A stretch of 64,000 bases of DNA, taken from NCBI GenBank assembly GCA_036833315.1, contig DAITPY010000005.1, positions 1,576 to 65,575 of the forward strand, given 5' to 3'. The notes under the pieces are model-generated. The model was not told where the DNA came from. It ran no database searches and saw nothing but the letters and a program-made list of their open reading frames with translations. Positions within the stretch are counted from its first letter, which is position 1, and every line of letters begins with the position of its first letter. Both the position numbers and the translations under genes were made by a program. This DNA comes from Candidatus Dormiibacterota bacterium. GTDB taxonomy: Bacteria; Chloroflexota; Dormibacteria; Aeolococcales; Aeolococcaceae. Positions 1 through 9,580 of this stretch are shown one piece after another.

Positions 1-1482
1 GACGCCCAGCGCCAAGCGACCAAGAATGCCGGTCAGATCGCGGGCCTCAACGTCCTGCGGATCATCAACGAGCCCACCGCGGCCGCGCTCGCGTACGGCC
101 TCGAAAAGAAAGAGAACGAGAAGATCCTCGTCTTCGACCTCGGTGGTGGGACGTTCGACGTCTCGATCCTCGAGGTGGGAGAAGGGGTGTTCGAGGTGAA
201 GTCCACCAACGGTGACACCCACCTCGGCGGCGACGACTACGACCGCCGCATCGTCGACTGGCTCGCCGACGAATTCAAGAAGGACCAGGGCATCGACCTG
301 CGCCAGGATCGTCAGGCACTGCAACGGCTCACCGAGGCCGCCGAGAAGGCCAAGATCGAGCTCTCGCAGCGTCAGGAGACCGAGGTCAACCTCCCGTTCA
401 TCACGGCCGATGCGTCGGGACCGAAGCACCTCGCGATCACCCTGTCACGCAGCAAGTTCGAGCAGCTGACCGACGACCTGACGGCGCGCTGCCGGGGTCC
501 GTTCGAGGCAGCGCTCAAGGACGCGGGGATGACCGCCCAGCAGCTCGACGAGGTGATCCTGGTCGGCGGATCCACGCGGATGCCGGTGATCCAGGAGCTC
601 GTCAAGAGCTTCACCAACAAGGAGCCGCATCGCGGTGTCAACCCGGACGAGGTGGTCGCGATCGGCGCGGCGATCCAGGCCGGCGTGCTCAAGGGCGAGG
701 TCAAGGACGTGCTCCTGCTCGACGTGACCCCGCTGTCCCTCGGCCTCATGACCGAGGGCGAGGTCAACACCAAGCTCATCGAGCGCAACACCACGATTCC
801 GACGGCGAAGACGCAGGTGTTCTCGACCGCATCGGACAATCAGCCCTCAGTGGAGATCGTCGTGCTCCAGGGCGAGCGGCCGATGGCGCGGGACAACCGC
901 ATTCTCGGGACCTTCACCCTCGACGGGATTCCACCGGCGCCGCGGGGCATGCCGCAGATCGAGGTCGGCTTCGACATCGACGCCAACGGCATCCTCAACG
1001 TGAGTGCCAAGGATCGGGGCACCGGCAAGGAGAACAAGGTCACCATCACCGGTTCGACGACGCTCCAGAAGGACGAGGTCGAGCGCATGGTGAAGGAAGC
1101 CGAGGTCCACGCCGACGAGGACCGCAAGCGCGCCGAATCAGTCGAGACCAGGAACCGCGCCGACCAGCTCGCCTACCAGGCCGAGAAGGCGCTTGCCGAC
1201 GCAGGCGACAAGGTGCCTGCCGAGTTGCGCACTGACATCGAGGCCAAGGTCAAGGCAGTTCGTGACGCAATTGCCAGTAACGACTCGGACGCCATGAAGC
1301 GTGCGCACGACGACCTCGCAGCATCGATCCAGAAGATCGGTGAAGCCGTGTACGCCCAGTCGCAGCAACCCCAACCGGGTGAACCGCACGAGGGCAACGG
1401 TGACGGCGGAGCGCCTGACGAAGGCGCGGGCAGCGGGGCCGGTTCCGACGACGTCGTGGACGCCGAATTCAAAGAGGTCTAA
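1..1482 (+). CDS. dnaK: Chaperone DnaK (Hsp70), 5'-truncated by window edge
   Basis: Frame 1 from nt 1 reads ...[17 protein letters not shown]...[14 protein letters not shown]..., continuing into the 435-aa ORF ([10 protein letters not shown], substrate-binding and lid domains, acidic GD-rich C-terminus). Stop TAA at 1480-1482. Confidence 0.95.
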   Translation, partial: DAQRQATKNAGQIAGLNVLRIINEPTAAALAYGLEKKENEKILVFDLGGGTFDVSILEVGEGVFEVKSTNGDTHLGGDDYDRRIVDWLADEFKKDQGIDLRQDRQALQRLTEAAEKAKIELSQRQETEVNLPFITADASGPKHLAITLSRSKFEQLTDDLTARCRGPFEAALKDAGMTAQQLDEVILVGGSTRMPVIQELVKSFTNKEPHRGVNPDEVVAIGAAIQAGVLKGEVKDVLLLDVTPLSLGLMTEGEVNTKLIERNTTIPTAKTQVFSTASDNQPSVEIVVLQGERPMARDNRILGTFTLDGIPPAPRGMPQIEVGFDIDANGILNVSAKDRGTGKENKVTITGSTTLQKDEVERMVKEAEVHADEDRKRAESVETRNRADQLAYQAEKALADAGDKVPAELRTDIEAKVKAVRDAIASNDSDAMKRAHDDLAASIQKIGEAVYAQSQQPQPGEPHEGNGDGGAPDEGAGSGAGSDDVVDAEFKEV

Positions 1483-1494
1483 GGGCTCGCAGCC

Positions 1495-2139
1495 CTACCG
1501 CCTCGGCACCGAGGACGAGGTCGGCGGGGGGAGCGGCCCGCTCGGCGGCACACCGGCAACCGTGGTGATCTGTGAGTCGCTGCGGTTGCGCCCCCGCCGC
1601 GTCCCGCGATTGAAAGCGGCGCGCAACAGGATCGGTATCGCCGCCGCGAAGACCCCGGTGAAGAACGTCAGTCCGTTCGGCAGGCTGCTCTTCTCAAGGC
1701 CGAGGTAGCAGAACAGCGCCGTCAGGAATGCCGCGAGGATGATCACCGCCATCCCTGCGACCAGCACGATCTCCTGGTTGCGCTCACTGACGATGGCGTG
1801 GTCAGGGCGGCGCTGCTGCAGCATCCGGTAGATGTTCAGACCGGCCCAGGAGTTGAGCATGATGGCGCTGACGAAGGCGAGAATCGCGATCGTCCAGCGG
1901 AACTGCTGGAGGTGGATGACGATGAAGGCCGAGATGTTGACCACGATCAAGGCGGTCGGGGTCAGCGCGCCGATGATCGGTATCGTCCAGCGCTTGAGCT
2001 TCGCCGCACGGCCGGTCCGCTCTGGCGCGATGGGGCCGAAGCTCGCGGGCCGGCGGCTTCGAAACGGCATGGCATAAGCGTACGGGTACCGGCCCTTCGC
2101 TGAACGACCGATCCTCGCTCCGCCGGGATCGTTCGTCAC
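1495..2139 (-). CDS. Hypothetical integral membrane protein (about 4 TM helices)
   Basis: 214-aa ORF with several long hydrophobic segments (IPIIGALTPTALIVVNISAFIVI, TIAILAFVSAIMLNSWAGL, IVLVAGMAVIILAAFLTALFCYLGL, FFTGVFAAAIPILL). Convergent with dnaK, stops 12 nt apart. Start codon uncertain (M1 or M24). Confidence 0.5.
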   Translation of the reverse strand: MTNDPGGARIGRSAKGRYPYAYAMPFRSRRPASFGPIAPERTGRAAKLKRWTIPIIGALTPTALIVVNISAFIVIHLQQFRWTIAILAFVSAIMLNSWAGLNIYRMLQQRRPDHAIVSERNQEIVLVAGMAVIILAAFLTALFCYLGLEKSSLPNGLTFFTGVFAAAIPILLRAAFNRGTRRGRNRSDSQITTVAGVPPSGPLPPPTSSSVPRR

Positions 2140-2206
2140 GGGGCCGTTGCCGGACTGCGAGCGTTCCCCCGACGGGACGCCGCCGCCGGCCCAATAGGCT
2201 CAATCC

Positions 2207-4693
2207 ATGCGCGCGCGTGGGTTCGGCGGCAGCCTCATCGCCCGCAGGTTCGGCCTGCGAACCAGCCTTGCCGGCAGGCTGCTGGCAGGCGGGATCGTCT
2301 TCACCGCGCTCGTCATCGCCGGTGTCAGCGGCTTCCTCCTGGTCAGCCGCTCGCAGCAGACCAACGCCGGAGCCCTTTCCAACGCCGACAACCGCGCGGG
2401 GGTCGCAGGCCAGCTCATCGCCCGGGTGATCCAGCCGCAGGCCCAGTACGCCGCCACCAACACCGCCTCGCTCACCTCCATGCAGCTCGCCATGAGCGGC
2501 AAGACGCCCGCGAACCTGGTCGCCGCCGAGTTCACCCAAAACCGCGTGGTCGACGTGCCCGGCCTCGAGGTCGTGATCCTCGACAACCACGGCGGGGTCC
2601 TCTACACGAGTGAGTGCGACGGCACCTCGTCCGCCGGAGCTCCCACCCATCCCGCCACCGCGATCTGCGAGCAGAGTGCGACGCCGCACGTCACCTCCGA
2701 AATGGCATCCGTGCGCGACGCGCTCCAGGTTGCGGCCACGTCCGCCTGCCAGCAGCCGAGCGCGGCGATCGCCGCCAACCCCAGCAGCGCGGCACGCTGC
2801 CCGTCGGGGGTCGAGGGAGTCGAGCCGCTCGCGGGCGGCCTCCCGGCGCTCGATGTGGTTGTGCCCGTCTTCAACGTCCAGGCGGGAAGCTTTGCGCCGC
2901 TGGGCGTGGTCGTGTACAGCGCCCCGCTGCGGACTCAGTTCGCGCGTTTCGGCCCTGTCATCGGCTACACCCCCGTGTTCCTGCGCGCCGGCGCGGACTC
3001 GAAGGTAATCCGCTTCATGGGGAGCGCCGACACCCCCGCGCTTGCGACTGCGCCCGCGTCCATCGCCGGGCAGCTCTCGACCCACGCGCTGGTGCCTTCC
3101 AGTGGTGTGGCGGCTCGGGCCATCTACACCGTCGCCGGCGTCGGTGCGGTGGCGGGCAGCTTCGTGCCGCTTGCGGCCCCCGGAGGCACCCGCGTTGCCG
3201 GGTACATCGGCGTCGAGGTACCGCTCGCGCTGTTCGCCGCCGGCACCGCGCAGGACGAGGGAACCATCGCCCAGATCGCCTTCACCGCGCTGGTGGTGAT
3301 GTGCGTGCTCGTGCTCCTCTTCGTCGATCGGTTCGTGCGACGGCCGGTGGCGCGGCTCGAGCGCGGCGTCGGGCGGATCGCCGCGGGCGATTACACCACC
3401 GACATCCCGGTCACCTCACGCGATGAGCTCGGACGGCTCGCCGCGGGAGTCAACAGCATGCGCGAGCAGATCGCCGGCTATATCAAGCACATCGACGGAT
3501 CGGTGGGGCAGCTGCAGGAGGTCTCCCGCGCGTTGACAACCACGACCGGTGGCATCGAGGAACTCCAGGATGCGGTGCTCGCCGCCGCCGACGCCATCGC
3601 CGGGGGATCGACCAGCGCGACGGTGTACACCAAGCGTGGCGCCGAGATCCTGCGAATGCGCAGCCGCGGCCCGGAGATGCCCGACATCGAGGACATGCCG
3701 GTGGACGAGCTCACCGCGGGGCGATCCGTACGCCTGGTGAGTGGCGGCCGTGCGGCGATCGCGGTGCCCATGCTGTTCCAGGAAGCGCTCACGGGCGTGC
3801 TTGTGGTGGCGTCGGATCGCCCGGTGGCCGAGAGCGACGAGCGCGCGCTCATCACACTCGCCAACAACGCGGCGGTGGCGGTCGAGAACACGCGCACCCT
3901 CGAGCAGGAGCGCGAGGCAGTGCGACGTCTACGCGAGCTGAACCAGTTGAAGAGCGATTTCCTCGACACCGCCCAGCACGAGCTGCGCACCCCGGTGGTC
4001 GCCCTGCAGGGGCAGATCGAGCTGCTCAACGTCGCCTGGGACAAGTGGGACGAGGCGACCAGGCTCGACATCGTGCGCGACGTCGACATCTCGGTGAAGC
4101 TGCTGGGCGAGACCGTCGAGAACATCGTGGACTTCGCTCTGGTGAACTCCGACACCATCAACGTGCGCATGGCGGCGGTGGACGTCGCCGCGTCGATCCG
4201 GGACGCGGCGAGCGACGTGCGCCGTCACTTCAAGGATGAGCTCCCCGTTGAGCTCACCATCGATGTGCGCGGTACCCCGACCGTCAACGCGGACCCATTC
4301 CGTTTCCGGCAGGTGCTCCGCGCCCTGATCGACAACGCCGTCAAGTTCACCCCGGAAGGCGGTCATGTCACCGTCAGCGCACGCCGGGAGAAGGGTTCGG
4401 TGTTCTGTCGCATCGAGGTGACCGATGACGGCATCGGCATCAGCCCCGAGGCGATTCCTCGACTGTTCGACCGTTTCTATCAGGAGGACAGCAGCCGGAC
4501 GCGTCGCCACGGTGGCCTGGGCATGGGCCTCGCGCTGGTGCGCCGTCTGTGCGATGCGCACGAGGCGACCGTGCAGGCACTGAGTGACGGCTCGGGCGGC
4601 AGCCGGTTCATCATCCTCTGGCCGCTCGCGGGCTCGAAACCCCAGCCGGCGCCCGCGGACTTCGTGTTCGAAGCCGCGACCAGCGCGGGCTGA
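2207..4693 (+). CDS. Sensor histidine kinase (TM sensor-HAMP-GAF-HisKA-HATPase_c), orphan
   Basis: Two TM segments flank a ~300-aa extracytoplasmic region. HAMP: RLERGVGRIAAGDYTT...ELGRLAAGVNSMREQI. GAF-like block follows. HisKA: LKSDFLDTAQHELRTPVVAL. HATPase_c: DNAVKFTPEGGHVTV...DDGIGI...GGLGMGLALV. Confidence 0.85.
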   Translation: MRARGFGGSLIARRFGLRTSLAGRLLAGGIVFTALVIAGVSGFLLVSRSQQTNAGALSNADNRAGVAGQLIARVIQPQAQYAATNTASLTSMQLAMSGKTPANLVAAEFTQNRVVDVPGLEVVILDNHGGVLYTSECDGTSSAGAPTHPATAICEQSATPHVTSEMASVRDALQVAATSACQQPSAAIAANPSSAARCPSGVEGVEPLAGGLPALDVVVPVFNVQAGSFAPLGVVVYSAPLRTQFARFGPVIGYTPVFLRAGADSKVIRFMGSADTPALATAPASIAGQLSTHALVPSSGVAARAIYTVAGVGAVAGSFVPLAAPGGTRVAGYIGVEVPLALFAAGTAQDEGTIAQIAFTALVVMCVLVLLFVDRFVRRPVARLERGVGRIAAGDYTTDIPVTSRDELGRLAAGVNSMREQIAGYIKHIDGSVGQLQEVSRALTTTTGGIEELQDAVLAAADAIAGGSTSATVYTKRGAEILRMRSRGPEMPDIEDMPVDELTAGRSVRLVSGGRAAIAVPMLFQEALTGVLVVASDRPVAESDERALITLANNAAVAVENTRTLEQEREAVRRLRELNQLKSDFLDTAQHELRTPVVALQGQIELLNVAWDKWDEATRLDIVRDVDISVKLLGETVENIVDFALVNSDTINVRMAAVDVAASIRDAASDVRRHFKDELPVELTIDVRGTPTVNADPFRFRQVLRALIDNAVKFTPEGGHVTVSARREKGSVFCRIEVTDDGIGISPEAIPRLFDRFYQEDSSRTRRHGGLGMGLALVRRLCDAHEATVQALSDGSGGSRFIILWPLAGSKPQPAPADFVFEAATSAG

Positions 4694-4708
4694 GCGGCGA
4701 CCGGAGGC

Positions 4709-7700
4709 TCAGCGCGAAGCGATCGCTGCGAAGGATGTGCCGAGCGCTGCAGGCAGACCGTCCTCGAAGGTCACGCTGTTGGTCCGAACCGACGTGATCC
4801 GCGGTCCCGGAAGCAGGATGCCTGCCAGGTTCAGAGGATCGGTCGCGGAGACGCGAACCATCTCCGAGGAGCGCTCGCGACGGCGCACGCCGCGCAGCTG
4901 ATCGATCGCCTCGGGCAGCGCGTACTGCTCACCCGCGAAGCCGGTGACGAAGCGTCCGCCGCGGGCCGTGCCGCGAGCTTCCATGCGGCGCAATGCCCAG
5001 ACCACGTCGCGCCACGGCAGCGCGATCGTCTCGCGGGCGACCACGTCGCGAAATACCACTCCCCATCTGACCAGCAACTGCTCGGCGATCGCCTCGGCGA
5101 GCGCGTCTCGCTCAGCCGCGGATGTGACGCGCGGTACCAGCGACCACCGTCCCTCGCCGGACGAGTAGCCGCTGACGCCGTGACGCAGGCCGCGGTGGTA
5201 CTGACGTGACCGTCCCAACCTGCGGCTGACCAGGAGACGGCGCACCGCGCTGAATCCGTCTGCGGTCAACAGGCCGCGCGCCACGCCGTCCCAGAGCGCG
5301 GTCTCGACCTCGCTCGGCAGCCTGCGGGTGAGAGTCACGATGTCGCTGGTGAACAGCGCGCCGTGCTCGCGCAGCGCGTCGAGCACATCGAGGGTCGCGC
5401 CGGATGCGGGCTCGAGAGGTTGGGCGTCACCGCGGACCGACTGGAGCAGCCAGGGCAGGTCCGAGCGCATCACCAACGTCACCGGGGTCGCGCGCGATGC
5501 CGAAGCGCTGCTCCGCTGCGCTGAAGCGCCGTCGGGATCGTCGCGGACCTTCAGGCGCGCCCAGGCGACCTCGCCGGACATGCACAGCTCGTCGAGCCAC
5601 GCGCTCCGATATCCGGACACCCGGCTCGGCAGCACCGACTCCTCCCACACGCCCGCGGGAATCTCGAACCCCTGGAGTTGCGCGATCGTGGCCGCCACCC
5701 CGGCGCGTCCCTCGCGCTGCGTGCCCGGAGCCACGCGCTGCCAGCGGAGCAGGAATCGCATGAAATCCTGCGCAGTGACCGGTTCGATCTCCTGACGCAG
5801 GCGTTGCTGCGTATAGGAATGAATACGAACGAGCAGGCGGCGGGCGCACCACTGGTCGCCGTCGGTCCCCGGGTCGAAGTGCCCGCGAATCGCCGATCCG
5901 TCGCCCTCGAGCATCGCCAGCCCGACCGCGATCTCGGTCGCACCGAGACCCGTGATTGTCGAGAGCGTCTGAGCGCTCACCGGCCCGCTGACTTCGAGGT
6001 GGCCGCGAAGGATGGCGGTGATGGTCGCGTCGCGTTCGGCTGGAAGGCCTGACAGCGCGGGCGGCAAGGCCGCCGGCAATGGACGGATCACCGCCTCCGG
6101 CCACATCACCGCGATAGCGGTCATGCGCTCGGTCGCGCACCAGAACGTGTCGTCGTCACGGGAGACCGTCAGCGCCCTGCCATGTTCGACCAGCTCGTCG
6201 AACCATGCGGCCCATGATGCGACCGGTCGAGACACCACCAGCGACACCAGCAGATCGTGCAACTCATCGCCGTCGCGCGGATCGGGCGCCGCCTCGCCGC
6301 GGACTCGGGCGATCGCGTCGGGGTCGAGCGCCGCGAGGTCACGTGCCTCTACAGGGAGCCCGCGGCGCAGTGTGATCGCGCGGCTTCGGCGCTCCTCGAG
6401 CGGTGCATCGTCAAGGAACGTGTACGGCCTCCCATTGACGATCTCGTGCGCCAGCGGCGAGGGCTCGACGGTGTCCCGGTAGCTGATCTCGACCTCTCGC
6501 CGCTCGATGCGCACCACCAGCTCGCGCAATGAGTCGACGTCCATCACCTCGTGCAGGCAGTCGTACATCGTCTGATTGACGAGGGGATGATCCGGCGGTT
6601 CGACGGGGCCCGTCGGGTTCTCGTTCTGACATGCGACCAGCTGCGGGAACACCGCGCCCATGATGTCGTCGGACTCGAGACGCTGGAGCGGCGCTGGATT
6701 CTTGCGACCGCCCTTGAAGCGAAGCACGGTGAGCGAGCGATTGAGGTTCCAGCGCCAGCGCACCGCCCACATCGGCGCGAAGATCGCGGCCTTGCGCAGG
6801 ACCTCCTCCACCGTGTTCGATGAAAGGAACTTCGGGATGTCCTCGAGGGGAAAGCTGTGCTGCGGACCGAGTGACAGGAGGACGCAGTCGTCACTTGCCG
6901 CAGCCTGCAGCTCGAAGTCGAAGGTGGCGCAGAAACGCTTTCGCAGCGCCAGGCCCAGCGCCCGATTCACCCGGCCCCCGAAGGGCGCGTGCACAACCAG
7001 CTGCATGCCACCGCTGTCGTCGAAGAAGCGCTCGAGGACGATGTGCTCGAGCGTCGGCACCACGCCGAGCGCAGTGCGACCCGCCGCCAGGTAGCGGACC
7101 ACCATCGCGGCAACGTCGTTGTCGACACCGGCGCGCTGCTCGACCCATGTGATCGCCTCGTCGGCACCACCTTCGGCGAGCAGCGCGTCAACGCCGCTGC
7201 GCAGGTCCGACACCTCGCGGGACAGTTCCTCGGTGCGCGCCGGAGCCTCACCGAGCCAGAAGGGAACCGAAGGCGGTGCGCCGTGGGCATCCACCACGCG
7301 CACGGTGCCGGGGAGGACTCGCCGGATCTTCCACGATGTGCTGCCCAGCAGGAAGATGTCGCCTGCCGACGACTCGATCGCCCAGTCCTCGTTGACGGTG
7401 CCGATGAAGGTGTCGTCAGGCTCGGCGAGCACCCGGTAGTCGCCGGTCTCGGGGATCGCGCCACCCGATGTGAGCGCGGCCAGTCGCGCACCCCGCCGCG
7501 CGCGCACCTCGCCGTTGATCCGGTCGCGGTGCAGATACGCGGCGACTCTGCCGCGGCCGGTTGGAATCCCGTCGGACACCAGTTCCACCACGCGATCGAA
7601 ATCCTCGCGCGTGAGGTCCATGAACGGCGCGGCGTGGCGCATCAGCTCGAAGAGATCGTCCTCGCGCCAGCTCTCGGCGGCGCACTCGGCGACGATCTGC

Positions 7701-8974
7701 TGCGCGAGGATGTCGAGCGGCATGTGCGGCGGGTGCACAGCATCCAAGGCTCCGCTGCGCACTCCCGCGAGCAGTGCCGTGCACTCGACGAGCTCATCGC
7801 GGGTCATCGGATAGAGGCGGCCCTTCGGCGTGCCTCCGCGACTGTGTCCGGAGCGGCCGACACGTTGGAGGAATGTCGCGATGCTGCGTGGTGACGCGAT
7901 CTGACAGACCATCTCGATGGGGCCGATGTCGATGCCCAGCTCCAGCGACGCCGTCGCCACCAGCGCGCGCAGCTCACCGGCACGCAATTGCGACTCGACG
8001 CGCTGCCGGCGCTCCTTCGAGAGGCTGCCGTGGTGCGCCGCGACGGCATCGTCGCCGAGCCGCTCGGCGAGCAGGTGCGCAACGCGCTCGGCCATGCGCC
8101 GCGTGTTGACGAACACCAGCGTGGTTCGATGCGCGCGCACATGGGTGGCGATCGCGTCGAGCACCTCGCCGAGCTGTTCGCGCGACGCCACCGCCTCGAG
8201 CTCCCCAGACGGCAGTTCGATGCCGATGTCGAGGGCCCGGCGGTGCCCCACGTCGACGATCGAACATCGCGGGACGCCGTCTCCGTCGCTCCGCTCGGGG
8301 CCGGCGCCGACCAGCAACCTGGCCACGGTCTCGATCGGCCGCTGCGTCGCCGACAGCCCGATACGGACCGGGCGGCGCGCGCAGAGGCGCTCGAGGCGCT
8401 CGAGCGTCACCGCTAGATGCGACCCGCGTTTGTCCCGGGCGACCGCATGGATCTCGTCGACGATGATCGTCGTCACCGTGGCGAGCGCGGCCCTGCTTCG
8501 CTGCGAGGTCACCAGCAGATAGAGCGATTCGGGTGTCGTGACCAGGAAGTTCGGCGGCCGCTTGATCATCGCGACTCGCATCGATGCCGGCGTGTCACCG
8601 GTTCGCACCTCGGCGCGCAGGTTCGGCAGGCTCATCCCCATCGCCATGCCGATCTCCGCAATCTCACGAAGCGGCGTCTCGAGGTTCTGCTGCACGTCGA
8701 CCGCGAGCGCCTTGAGCGGCGATACGTACACCACCTGGGTCGTCCCCTCGACCATCTCGCCACGCTCCGCGGCTCGGTATAGCGCGTCGATGCAGACGAG
8801 GAAGCCGGCGAGCGTCTTGCCCGAACCCGTGGGCGCCGCGATCAGCGTGTTGTTGCCCGCCGCGATCTCCGGCCAGCCCGCCACCTGGGCGGGCGTCGGA
8901 CCTTCCGGAAAGCGCCGCTCGAACCAGGCTCGCACCGCCGGGTGGAACCCGGCCATCTCGCTCATCGGGTCCAT
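4709..8974 (-). CDS. lhr: Lhr-type large ATP-dependent DEAH/DExH helicase
   Basis: 1421-aa ORF. N-terminus has helicase motif I (AAPTGSGKTLAGFL), DExH (IVDEIHA), a helicase C domain and a long Lhr-like C-terminal extension. Convergent with the kinase, stops 16 nt apart. Confidence 0.85.
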   Translation of the reverse strand: MDPMSEMAGFHPAVRAWFERRFPEGPTPAQVAGWPEIAAGNNTLIAAPTGSGKTLAGFLVCIDALYRAAERGEMVEGTTQVVYVSPLKALAVDVQQNLETPLREIAEIGMAMGMSLPNLRAEVRTGDTPASMRVAMIKRPPNFLVTTPESLYLLVTSQRSRAALATVTTIIVDEIHAVARDKRGSHLAVTLERLERLCARRPVRIGLSATQRPIETVARLLVGAGPERSDGDGVPRCSIVDVGHRRALDIGIELPSGELEAVASREQLGEVLDAIATHVRAHRTTLVFVNTRRMAERVAHLLAERLGDDAVAAHHGSLSKERRQRVESQLRAGELRALVATASLELGIDIGPIEMVCQIASPRSIATFLQRVGRSGHSRGGTPKGRLYPMTRDELVECTALLAGVRSGALDAVHPPHMPLDILAQQIVAECAAESWREDDLFELMRHAAPFMDLTREDFDRVVELVSDGIPTGRGRVAAYLHRDRINGEVRARRGARLAALTSGGAIPETGDYRVLAEPDDTFIGTVNEDWAIESSAGDIFLLGSTSWKIRRVLPGTVRVVDAHGAPPSVPFWLGEAPARTEELSREVSDLRSGVDALLAEGGADEAITWVEQRAGVDNDVAAMVVRYLAAGRTALGVVPTLEHIVLERFFDDSGGMQLVVHAPFGGRVNRALGLALRKRFCATFDFELQAAASDDCVLLSLGPQHSFPLEDIPKFLSSNTVEEVLRKAAIFAPMWAVRWRWNLNRSLTVLRFKGGRKNPAPLQRLESDDIMGAVFPQLVACQNENPTGPVEPPDHPLVNQTMYDCLHEVMDVDSLRELVVRIERREVEISYRDTVEPSPLAHEIVNGRPYTFLDDAPLEERRSRAITLRRGLPVEARDLAALDPDAIARVRGEAAPDPRDGDELHDLLVSLVVSRPVASWAAWFDELVEHGRALTVSRDDDTFWCATERMTAIAVMWPEAVIRPLPAALPPALSGLPAERDATITAILRGHLEVSGPVSAQTLSTITGLGATEIAVGLAMLEGDGSAIRGHFDPGTDGDQWCARRLLVRIHSYTQQRLRQEIEPVTAQDFMRFLLRWQRVAPGTQREGRAGVAATIAQLQGFEIPAGVWEESVLPSRVSGYRSAWLDELCMSGEVAWARLKVRDDPDGASAQRSSASASRATPVTLVMRSDLPWLLQSVRGDAQPLEPASGATLDVLDALREHGALFTSDIVTLTRRLPSEVETALWDGVARGLLTADGFSAVRRLLVSRRLGRSRQYHRGLRHGVSGYSSGEGRWSLVPRVTSAAERDALAEAIAEQLLVRWGVVFRDVVARETIALPWRDVVWALRRMEARGTARGGRFVTGFAGEQYALPEAIDQLRGVRRRERSSEMVRVSATDPLNLAGILLPGPRITSVRTNSVTFEDGLPAALGTSFAAIASR

Positions 8975-9028
8975 GATCCTATCATCCCGGCAGAACAGAT
9001 GTTCGCGGCGGGCGGACGGACGCGGACG

Positions 9029-9481
9029 TCAGCGGTGCCGGCTCCGGTCCTGCTCCGCCTCCAAGGCGAGCACGCTGCACAGGATCAGCAGGTCGTTCTG
9101 ACCGTCGACGACGTCGACGCCATACGAGTCGGCGAGGCTGATCCAGGCCTTCGACACCGTGGCGATGGCCTGACCGTTCTCGGTGACGGTGAAGTCGTGT
9201 CCGAGGAAGTTGCCGGTCATCTCCATCTCCGCTCCGCCGGCGACGGAGATGTTCCACTTCGGACGCAAGGGGTTGGAGAAACGTTGGTGCACCTCGGCAG
9301 TGACGCCGCCCGGCAAGGTGACCTCATACGTCGCCAGCAGCGAGACGAGCTTCCGGCTGACCTGCCCCACCTCATTGCCTGCCATGTCGTTGACGACCAT
9401 CAGGCCATGGAGGCTGAGCACCTTGCCGTCGACCTGCAACACAGGCTGGCCGGCGTCGTTGAAGATGTCGTTTGTCCTCAC
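9029..9481 (-). CDS. LOR/YxjI family (LURP-one-related, Tubby C-terminal-like fold) protein
   Basis: 150 aa. Its motif spacing (VSRKLVSL...YEVTL.GG...FSNPLRPKWNISV..G...TGNFLGHDFTV.ENGQAIATVSKAWISLADSYGVDVVDGQNDLLILCSVLALE) resembles B. subtilis YxjI / PF04525 as I recall it. Confidence 0.65.
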   Translation of the reverse strand: MRTNDIFNDAGQPVLQVDGKVLSLHGLMVVNDMAGNEVGQVSRKLVSLLATYEVTLPGGVTAEVHQRFSNPLRPKWNISVAGGAEMEMTGNFLGHDFTVTENGQAIATVSKAWISLADSYGVDVVDGQNDLLILCSVLALEAEQDRSRHR

Positions 9482-9580
9482 CGAGCCGGAAGATTCGCTC
9501 CTGGATCTGGTATCGCATCGGTCATTGATCCCTCAAGTGCTTTCGGGGACGTTGCCACCACTCTGCGCCTTCATGTGCGG

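Noticed and set aside
1802-3085. 427-aa minus-strand ORF antisense to the first sensor kinase (and similar long antisense ORFs 6989-7894, 8942-10720, 38019-39548, 43506-45473, 47590-49209, 50216-51775, 54332-55865)
   Set aside because: Translations are Arg/Pro/Gly/Ala-rich low-complexity strings typical of off-frame reading in very GC-rich DNA. They all overlap confidently identified conserved genes on the other strand or frame.
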